From: a virus
Lineage: Duplodnaviria; Caudoviricetes
Virus record (IMG/VR): IMGVR_UViG_3300028588_000808
Location: 1 to 34,183 of that record
DNA: 34,183 bases
Direction: 5' to 3' (one strand)
The notes below the pieces were generated by a model. The model searched no databases and was not told the origin of the DNA. It saw nothing but the letters and a program-made list of their open reading frames with translations. Shown here piece by piece: positions 27,251 to 34,183 of this stretch. The translations under genes and the position numbers were made by a program. Within the stretch, counting starts at the first letter, position 1, and every line of letters begins with the position of its first letter.

Positions 27251-27853
27251 ATGCTCGTAAAAGAACGCGATATCGCCTGTTTCTGCGGTGGCTTCTCGGC
27301 CGCCATCGTGGCGGGCCTGCTCTTGCTAGTCCTGCTGCTGGGCTCTGTGAGCTGCACCAGCAGTCGCTCAGTTGCCCCGGCCCACGGGCCGGCCCTGGTA
27401 GCCCCCAGCCCCGGCCTGGTGCAGCGCCTTGACTCGGCGACGCTGGCCGGCTGGCTGCCCACCGACCTCACCGGCCTGCCGGCGTACCTGGTGCCGCCCC
27501 CGCCCGGCTCGACTGCTAAGCAGCGCCGGCAGTGGCAAAAAGCCCAGGCCCAGAATCTGGCCCGCGCCGGCGTGCTGCCGGCCAAAATCAAAAACAGCAG
27601 CGTGGCCACCGCCCCCGGTGCCACGGCCATCAACCGCCCGGCCGCGCCGGTAGCCACCAATGGCAGCACCGCCACCGATGCCCGCAAGGCTGGCCAGCGC
27701 GGGGGTGGGGGCGTAGCCACTGCTCCCGCTGCTTCGGCCTCGGCCATGGGAGTAGTCAGTAGTAGCAAGGGAGGATACTGGTGGCTATGGCTAGTAGTTG
27801 GACTAGGCTGCTACCTGACTGGTTGGCGCTTTGGCCGGGGACGGTGGCTGTGA
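27251..27853 (+). CDS. Putative unimolecular spanin
   Basis: Hydrophobic N-terminus with lipobox-like GSVS-C plus C-terminal hydrophobic segment YWWLWLVVGLGCYL; follows the lysozyme. Confidence 0.55.
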   Translation: MLVKERDIACFCGGFSAAIVAGLLLLVLLLGSVSCTSSRSVAPAHGPALVAPSPGLVQRLDSATLAGWLPTDLTGLPAYLVPPPPGSTAKQRRQWQKAQAQNLARAGVLPAKIKNSSVATAPGATAINRPAAPVATNGSTATDARKAGQRGGGGVATAPAASASAMGVVSSSKGGYWWLWLVVGLGCYLTGWRFGRGRWL

Positions 27854-28938
27854 CGAACTGCCTGCTTCATTATTCCTAGGTTCGCTAACTCTTGGCACGC
27901 ACGGTTAAACCACTCACACTCGGGCGTAGTAGCCGAAAGAGGAGTCACCACCCGAACTCTGCTAAATAGCTCCTGGTGCGTAGTCGGGGTAAACCCAGAG
28001 AAGGGTTCGGAGCCGACAGGAGTAAAGACTTCATAGCCGTCTTCGACAGCCGCCGCAACAGTTGCGTAGAACAAGATAGGCTCCTGGGTGATGCGTAGCC
28101 CATAGTCCGGCGGCAGCAAGGTTCCGATTGGGGCGAGCTTGCCTAGCGTCGTCAAGTAGCAGGGACTGGTAAAGGGCTGTGGGCAAGTTCCCTCCAAGGG
28201 AAGCCGCATCAGATGCGCATGCTGTGCGAGCCGCGTTGTGTGGTAAGGCCATACGGGCTCTGATTGCAAAAGATAAGATTTAACGCCCTGTGCTTGCAGG
28301 TAGGCCTTGACTACCTGTACATCTGCCATATTACAGTACAGGCAACAGCGTTCCTGCTCCAGAACGGAGGTCACAAATAAGCCTACTGGGCAGCCACGGC
28401 ACAACGCTTGCGCGTGTTCAGCAGAAGCAAACGTATAGAAGCTACGATATGCCGCTGGTTCCACGCTGCTCACCAGGCCGCCGCATAAGCTAATGCGCAG
28501 CGCATCTTTCCGATTCAGCCCACCGGCGGCATACAGGGCCGCTGCCTCACCGCCGCTAATACCCAGTGTCGCCTCTGGAACGACACCCTTCGCCCGCCAT
28601 AAGTCTACCAAGGCTAGTTGTAAGGTCGTCATCAAGGGCACCACCCGGGCTTCCTCCTGCCAAAACAAGGGGTCAGGAGCCTGCTCAAAATTTGCGAGCA
28701 GCGAGGGGCCGCCTAGCTGCTGCAGCAGGCGCTCGCACTCCTGCACGGTAGCTCTAAATACCGGCTCCTGCGCGTAGAGTTCTCGCCCCATGCCCGGCCA
28801 GTAATTCATGCGGCCGCCAAACACAAATAGGTGGCGTGGTGGGCGAAGCTGCCAAAATTGTCGCCGTAGGCGGCGAAGGGTTGACTGTAGAAAGGTAGGA
28901 AGGTAAGGGATTAATTTACTGGGTAATGGGAAAAGCAT
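27811..28938 (-). CDS. Stand-alone PKS-type acyltransferase (FabD/AT fold), moron
   Basis: LFVFGG..WPGMGRELYAQEPVFR, QLALVDLWR..GVVP..LGISGGE, PYHT; lower GC; opposite strand. Start codon uncertain (28938 or 28947). Confidence 0.85.
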   Translation of the reverse strand: MLFPLPSKLIPYLPTFLQSTLRRLRRQFWQLRPPRHLFVFGGRMNYWPGMGRELYAQEPVFRATVQECERLLQQLGGPSLLANFEQAPDPLFWQEEARVVPLMTTLQLALVDLWRAKGVVPEATLGISGGEAAALYAAGGLNRKDALRISLCGGLVSSVEPAAYRSFYTFASAEHAQALCRGCPVGLFVTSVLEQERCCLYCNMADVQVVKAYLQAQGVKSYLLQSEPVWPYHTTRLAQHAHLMRLPLEGTCPQPFTSPCYLTTLGKLAPIGTLLPPDYGLRITQEPILFYATVAAAVEDGYEVFTPVGSEPFSGFTPTTHQELFSRVRVVTPLSATTPECEWFNRACQELANLGIMKQAVRHSHRPRPKRQPVR

Positions 28939-29269
28939 ATTGGACAATAATGGCTTACTGAACTATAGAGAAGACCAAGTGAAGATAATGCTGATTGCCA
29001 TAAGTGCTTAGGATAGTTATTTGGCTGGTAGATGGTCAGCGCCAAGATAGCCCTGCGCCGGATGCTGCTCAGGTAGCGCGCTACGGCTTAGCTTATAAGT
29101 CAAGTGTATATGTAAAAATCCGGCCTGAGACAAGTGGGGCTTTTCGAGTTATGAAAACAAGCTTAGCCCGATGGCCATGTGCAGTTGCGGTAAAATATTA
29201 TAGGGAGTAAAGGCAAAGCTTTTCATTTATAGCATTCGCCCTGTCCAGCTAATTACCGTATTGTTAAAT

Positions 29270-29587
29270 ATGGATACTATCACCTCTGAGGAAACCCCGG
29301 CAGAGCGCGTTGCGCACGTGGTGCTTGACTACTACCGGCAAACGGACGGCTTTGCCGGTGCAGTCACCAGTTTAGAGCGCACGGACTGGTATATGGCCTT
29401 GCCGCAGGCTGGTAAAGACGAGCTGCAGCAACTGCCGCCCGCCCAGTGGATTGATTTGCCTGCTTTTAAGCGGTACCTGCTGGAAAAAAGAGGCCTCTCG
29501 ATGCACCGCTATGTCGCGCTGCACCTTACCCCGGCGCAGCTAACGCACTGGGTAGATGATGGGGATGGCAGTGTACGGGTAGCCTAA
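29270..29587 (+). CDS. Hypothetical protein (moron, 105 aa)
   Basis: ATG after an AT-rich divergent intergenic region; has its own terminator. Confidence 0.7.
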   Translation: MDTITSEETPAERVAHVVLDYYRQTDGFAGAVTSLERTDWYMALPQAGKDELQQLPPAQWIDLPAFKRYLLEKRGLSMHRYVALHLTPAQLTHWVDDGDGSVRVA

Positions 29588-29624
29588 CGGCCAGGCCACT
29601 GCCCATAAAAGCGACGGCTTAGAC

Positions 29625-29660
29625 AAGCCCCCGCTCCTTAGGAAGGAGCGGGGGCTTTTT
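29625..29660 (+). terminator. Rho-independent terminator
   Basis: AAGCCCCCGCTCCTT-agg-AAGGAGCGGGGGCTTTTT. Confidence 0.88.
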
Positions 29661-29695
29661 CGTCCTACCCCTGGGCTGCCGATTCTGCCAATTTG
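29661..29695 (+). promoter_or_regulatory. Putative late promoter P7 (CGTCCTAC-N19-CCAATTTG)
   Basis: Bipartite motif directly after the terminator; ATG at 29701. Confidence 0.7.
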
Positions 29696-29700
29696 GGAAC

Positions 29701-30234
29701 ATGGCAGACTATCAAGACGCATTTAGGCGCATCCTCGACGAGGAAGTGGGCGACTACGCCGCCCGGGCGCTGGAGCTGCTGGCGGCGGCTATCCAGGCCA
29801 AGGGGCTGGTGCTGACCGAAGACCTGCTCGACTCCCTGCGCTCGCAGGTCACGGCGGCCAGTGCCGAGCATGTGGCCAGCATGGGCGTGCTGTTCCACCA
29901 GTACGGCCGCATCAAGGACATGAAGGGCATCACCCGCACCAAGGCCCCGCCCATTGAGGCGATTGAGGACTACGTGAAAAAGGTGGGTCTGAGCAAGTTC
30001 GATTACATACCGGGCTACACCGACCGCTCAAAGGTGCTGCCCGTCAGTTCGCGGGCCATCAACCGCATTGCCTGGGGCATCGCCCGCGCCAAGCTGCGCG
30101 ACGGCGAGCAGGGCCGCCCCAAAGCCTGGTTCGCCAAAACTTTTTATTCCAGCATCAACCGCTTCATCGACGCGGTGACCACTCGCTACGTGGCGGCCAC
30201 CGGCACGCACCTGGCCGCAAGCATCAAAATCTAA
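29701..30234 (+). CDS. Putative neck/tail completion protein
   Basis: TEDLLDSL, YGRIKDM and PKAWF pattern reminiscent of HK97 gp10-like proteins; precedes the tape measure. Confidence 0.55.
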   Translation: MADYQDAFRRILDEEVGDYAARALELLAAAIQAKGLVLTEDLLDSLRSQVTAASAEHVASMGVLFHQYGRIKDMKGITRTKAPPIEAIEDYVKKVGLSKFDYIPGYTDRSKVLPVSSRAINRIAWGIARAKLRDGEQGRPKAWFAKTFYSSINRFIDAVTTRYVAATGTHLAASIKI

Positions 30235-30237
30235 CCA

Positions 30238-33200
30238 ATGGCACAAGTAAGACAGGATAACGTCCAGATAAAGCTGGAAATCGACGGTTCGCAGTCGCGT
30301 ACCGAACTCGACAACCTCACCCGCAAGGCCCAGGTGCTCCAGCAGGGGCTCAAGGGCCTCAAAAAAGGCTCGGAAGAGTACGTAGCGGCCAATAAGGAAT
30401 TGAGCCAGGTCAATGCCCGCATGAAGGAATTGCGGGATGAAATCGGCCTCACGGCCCTCACCAGCGGGCAACTCAAGGCGATGGCCAGCCAGCTCAACCG
30501 CGAGCTGGCCAACCTTACGCCCAAAACGGCCTCGTTTGCGGCTAAGGCGCAGGAGCTGGTCAACGTCGAAAACCGACTGGCCCAAGTGCGCGCCGAAGCC
30601 AAGGGCGTGCAGCAGGAGCTGAGCGGCGCCGGCGGGGGTGTAGGCGATTTCATCAAAAAGGCCGTGGGCTTTGCCGGCATCCAGTTGGGCGTAGAAGCCG
30701 TGGTGGAAGGAGCCAAAGAACTGGGCAAGGAGATTTTTGCTACCACGGCCAAGTTTGAAACCTTCGAGGCGGTGCTGACCACGGCCCTGGGCGATAAGTC
30801 GGCCGCGCAGTACGCCATGCAGCAGATTGCCGACCTGGCGGCCAAAACGCCGTTCGCGGTCGATGAGCTGACAGCCAGCTACGTCAAGTTCGTAAACCGG
30901 GGCATCGTGCCCAGCACGGCCGAGATGCAGAAGCTGGCCGACGTGGCCGCCTCGCAGGGCAAGAGCTTCGACCAGCTCACGGAGGCCGTGCTCGACGCCG
31001 GTACCGGCGAGTTCGAGCGCCTCAAAGAGTTTGGCATTCAGGCTAGCAAGTCGGGCGATCAGGTGGAGCTCTCGTTCAAGGGCGTGACCAAAACCGTAGC
31101 CAACACCCCCACGGCCATCAACGCCGCGCTGGTGAGCTTCGGGGAGCTAAATGGCGTGCTGGGTTCCACGGCTTCTATCTCGGAAACGCTGGAGGGGCAG
31201 ACCTCCAACCTGGGCGACCAGGTAGACCAGCTGGAGGTGCAGGTGGGCAAGGGGCTACGCCCGGCGTTTGTGCTGCTGCTCACGGCCGCTGGGCAGTTTC
31301 TCAACTTTCTGCGCGAGAGCAAGGGGCCGCTGAGCGCGTTCATCAATTACTTCCTCGACCTCTACAATCAGTCGCTGGCCGTGCGCCTGGTGGTGCAGGG
31401 CTTGGGGGCGGGCTTTCAGAATGCCTACTCGATTATTAAGAACACGCTGGGCTTTCTGGTGGCCGATTTAGTGGCGGCTGGCAAAGTGATAAAGGGTGTG
31501 TTTACCCTCGACTTCGGCCTGATAAAGCAAGGCTACAATGAGGGCGCGCAGGCGCTGGTGGATGCCGTTAAGAAAACCGGCTCCGAGATAGGACAGAACT
31601 ATAAAGGGGCGCTTACGCGGGCCATCAGCACCGACAAGGTGGCCTTGCTGGGCGTATCGGAGGCCGATGCCAAGGCTGCCGCTGACTCCTACGACAAGGC
31701 AGCGGCCCGAGTAGGGGCCGGGGCCAAGCAGAAAGCGGCCAGCGACGCAGCCAGGAAGCTGAGCCTGGAAGAGTTGAAAGACCGTGAGGCCAACATTCGC
31801 GCGGCCCTGGCCCTGGTGGCCAGTGGCTCAGCCGAGGAGCTGCGGCTCAAAAAGCTCGACGTGGCCGCAAAGCGCGACATCGAGCTGGCCGATGAGAAGA
31901 AAACGTCTTCGGAGCGCAAAGTGATTCGCGCTGAGGCCGTAGCTGCCATTCGTAAGCTGGAGGAAGATTACCAGAAAAAGCAGTCGGCTGCGGCCGAGAA
32001 ATACGCCAAGGAGCAGGCGGAGGTAGAAAAACGCATTGCCGACCTCAAAGCCGGGCTGCTGGCCGACGAAACCGAAAAACGCATCCGGCAGCTGACGGCC
32101 GCCGCCGAAAAGGAGAAGGCCACCGCCAAGGGCACGGCTGAGCAGGTGGCCGAGCAGCGGAAGCTCATCGAGGCAAAACTAGCCGTGGACGTGGCTGAGG
32201 TGCGCCGGGCCGCTGCCCAGAAGGCAGGGCTAGCGGAGTTGGAGGTTGAGAAGATGACTAGCGAACTAATTAAGAATCAGTTCGACCGTAAAAATGCGGA
32301 GATTGATATTGCCGCCAAAGAGGCGAAGCTGAAGCTGCTGGCGACGGATAAGGACTACGCGGTAAAATCGGCGCTTATTGATAAGAAGGCGCTTGCTGAC
32401 CACAAGGCCAACGACCAGGAGCGGGTCGATTACCACCAGCAGGTACTGGATAAAATCGCCGCGATGGAAGAGGAAACCGCTCAACTAACCCGCGCCCAGA
32501 AGCTTAAGGGGGAGGGAGTTACCAAGAAAGACCGCAAAGAAGCTGCTGCACAGGAGCTGGCCGAGAAGATGGGTAAACTCAACAAGGAGGAGCAGGCTGA
32601 GCAGGAGAGCCTGGCTAGGCAATTAGAAGACGGGCTAATCTCAACTGAAGAGTTCGAGCAGGCGCAATCAGAGCTTTTTGCTAACTCCCGGGCCAAGCGA
32701 AAAGACCTCAACGACCAGTTTGCGGACGATGAGAAAAACCGCTGGAAGTCGGATTTCGCGGAGCAAATGGGCTACATGAGCGAGAAGATTCAGTTTGCGG
32801 CTGACCTATTCAAAGATTTCAGTGACATCCAGTTAAAGAAGGAGGAAGTAGATAAGAAAAAACGGTTAGCCTCGCTGGAGGCAGAATACAAGGCGGGTAA
32901 AATCAGTAAGGAAGGGTACGAGGCCGCTAAATCGGAGATTGAGGCCAACTACGATGCGAAAACCCGGCAGATTAAGAAAGAGGCCGCTGAAAAAGAGAAG
33001 GTTGCCAACATTGCAAAGGCGGTCATTCAAACGGCTGTGAACGTCGTAGAGGCATTTCCGAATCCCTTCCAAATTGCAGCTGCGGCAGCCTTGGGCGCGT
33101 TTCAGATAGGCAAGATTGTCGCCACGCCTATCCCTGAGTTTGAGAAAGGTGGTTTCTTCGGCCGGGCAGCGCGCAGTGTGAAGCAATACGCCACTGGTGG

Positions 33201-33651
33201 GCGCATTAACCCGAAGGCTGGCGTAGCCGACGTGGGCCAGCGCCACAGCGGCGGCGGCATCAAGATGGTGGATGGGGCCACCGGGCAGCACCTGGGCGAG
33301 TGGGAGCGGGGCGAGGCGTACATGATTCTCTCCCGCGACACTTACGCCAATAACAAGCACCTTGTCGATGAGCTGATTGATACGAGCCTGCACCGAGGCG
33401 GGGCACCCGTGCGCCAGCGCGAGGGCTACTACGAGGACGGCGGCGTGTACGGCAGCGCGCCGGCCACATCCAGTACCACGGCTGCCGGCAACGGTGGCCA
33501 AGAGCTGGTGCAGGCCGTGAATCGGGTAGAAAATGCTATCAAAGCCCTGCCTGCCTGGGTGCGGATTCACTGGGACCAAGACGATACGGCGGCCGTTGAG
33601 CAGCTGCTGCAGGAGCGGGCTGTTGACCGCGCTGCTGGGCAAGTGCGGTAG
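30238..33651 (+). CDS. Tail tape measure protein (1137 aa)
   Basis: Long Ala/Lys/Glu coiled coil; tape-measure core FEAVLTT..AAKTPF..ERLKEFGI; C-terminal GG..H..GG...GE.E.GE segment. Confidence 0.92.
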   Translation: MAQVRQDNVQIKLEIDGSQSRTELDNLTRKAQVLQQGLKGLKKGSEEYVAANKELSQVNARMKELRDEIGLTALTSGQLKAMASQLNRELANLTPKTASFAAKAQELVNVENRLAQVRAEAKGVQQELSGAGGGVGDFIKKAVGFAGIQLGVEAVVEGAKELGKEIFATTAKFETFEAVLTTALGDKSAAQYAMQQIADLAAKTPFAVDELTASYVKFVNRGIVPSTAEMQKLADVAASQGKSFDQLTEAVLDAGTGEFERLKEFGIQASKSGDQVELSFKGVTKTVANTPTAINAALVSFGELNGVLGSTASISETLEGQTSNLGDQVDQLEVQVGKGLRPAFVLLLTAAGQFLNFLRESKGPLSAFINYFLDLYNQSLAVRLVVQGLGAGFQNAYSIIKNTLGFLVADLVAAGKVIKGVFTLDFGLIKQGYNEGAQALVDAVKKTGSEIGQNYKGALTRAISTDKVALLGVSEADAKAAADSYDKAAARVGAGAKQKAASDAARKLSLEELKDREANIRAALALVASGSAEELRLKKLDVAAKRDIELADEKKTSSERKVIRAEAVAAIRKLEEDYQKKQSAAAEKYAKEQAEVEKRIADLKAGLLADETEKRIRQLTAAAEKEKATAKGTAEQVAEQRKLIEAKLAVDVAEVRRAAAQKAGLAELEVEKMTSELIKNQFDRKNAEIDIAAKEAKLKLLATDKDYAVKSALIDKKALADHKANDQERVDYHQQVLDKIAAMEEETAQLTRAQKLKGEGVTKKDRKEAAAQELAEKMGKLNKEEQAEQESLARQLEDGLISTEEFEQAQSELFANSRAKRKDLNDQFADDEKNRWKSDFAEQMGYMSEKIQFAADLFKDFSDIQLKKEEVDKKKRLASLEAEYKAGKISKEGYEAAKSEIEANYDAKTRQIKKEAAEKEKVANIAKAVIQTAVNVVEAFPNPFQIAAAAALGAFQIGKIVATPIPEFEKGGFFGRAARSVKQYATGGRINPKAGVADVGQRHSGGGIKMVDGATGQHLGEWERGEAYMILSRDTYANNKHLVDELIDTSLHRGGAPVRQREGYYEDGGVYGSAPATSSTTAAGNGGQELVQAVNRVENAIKALPAWVRIHWDQDDTAAVEQLLQERAVDRAAGQVR

Positions 33652-33654
33652 GGG

Positions 33655-33861
33655 TTATGCCCCTGTTTATGCCCCTTTTTCTGTCAAAAATGGCCTTTTA
33701 AAGCTTATTAAACAATGTTTTTGTCGCCGGGTGGCGCGGCCTTTTTTTTTGCCCTACCCACTCGAAACCGCTTTAAACCACCGTAAAGGCACTTTTTGCA
33801 AAACGCAGTAGGCCAGAGTATGCCACGTTTTGCACCGATTTGCCACCATTCTCTGCCACCA
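33655..33861. other. Candidate attP region (arm-type repeats around an AT-rich core)
   Basis: TTATGCCCCT x2 (33655-33664, 33667-33676); related GTATGCCACG 33818, TTTGCCACCA 33839, TCTGCCACCA 33852; at the 3' end of the integrase. Confidence 0.45.
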
Positions 33862-34183
33862 CTTTCCTAGCGGTGCGCCGGTAGCTTTCCATCAGCTCCT
33901 TTTCGTCGATGCCGAGGTAGCGATTAAAATTGGCCTCCGTCTGGTGGCTCGTGGCCATCATGACCTGCGAGCGCGGCACGCCCTGGTAAATCTTGAGGGC
34001 GGCAAAGGTCTTGCGGCCCACGTGCATGCCCAAGTGCAGGCGCGTGATGCCGGCTAGCTCCTGCACCAGGGGTAAATATTTCCAGGGGTCGCGCACCCAA
34101 GGCAGGTAGGTGGCCAGGCCCAGCGGGGCATAGCTGGCCAGCAGTTCCTGGGGCTTGAACACGTCGTCGTCCACCAAGGGCAC
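33773..34183 (-). CDS. int: Tyrosine integrase, C-terminal part (5' truncated by window)
   Basis: Box II HVGRKTF, SHQT and catalytic Tyr in FNRYL. Confidence 0.88.
   Translation of the reverse strand: MPLVDDDVFKPQELLASYAPLGLATYLPWVRDPWKYLPLVQELAGITRLHLGMHVGRKTFAALKIYQGVPRSQVMMATSHQTEANFNRYLGIDEKELMESYRRTARKVVAENGGKSVQNVAYSGLLRFAKSAFTVV

Larger units (their letters stand above)
1..34183. mobile_element. Temperate tailed phage / prophage of a high-GC Bacteroidota host (window appears to lie entirely within it)
   Basis: Co-oriented terminase, portal, S49 protease, capsid, tail, tape measure, lysozyme and primase genes, plus a tyrosine integrase; no host housekeeping genes seen. Confidence 0.95.

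Noticed and set aside
29004-29210. 68-aa ORF in the AT-rich divergent gap
   Set aside because: GTG start, atypical composition; more likely the promoter region of the two moron genes

Overview
The whole window looks like most of a temperate tailed-phage (siphovirus-like) genome or prophage of a high-GC Bacteroidota host, probably Hymenobacter-like. The host call rests on AT-rich translation starts without Shine-Dalgarno sites, TAnnTTTG-type promoter boxes and a Bacteroidota-style CHC2/Toprim primase. Gene order on the + strand: early/replication genes (wHTH protein, primase), serine recombinase, putative late regulator, tail-tip genes, DUF5675 enzyme, tail-tube paralog, 1239-aa tail fibre, S49 head protease, scaffold, major capsid, tail tube, TerS/TerL, portal, DUF6712, holin, GH24 lysozyme, spanin-like protein, a moron with a stand-alone PKS-type acyltransferase, tape measure, and a convergent tyrosine integrase beside an attP-like region. 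The most interesting signal is non-coding and may form one late-gene control circuit: (1) seven bipartite promoters MGKCCTAY-N19/20-nnnnHTTG, one at each late operon start; (2) long inverted repeats at three of them that straddle the predicted start site and run up to or near the start codon; (3) a predicted ~78-nt minus-strand small RNA with its own promoter and terminator, complementary at 24/25 nt to the tail-tube mRNA leader 2.4 kb away. A tail-tip gene also carries an in-frame TAA 30 codons before its apparent end. All product calls come from motif recognition by eye; no searches were run.
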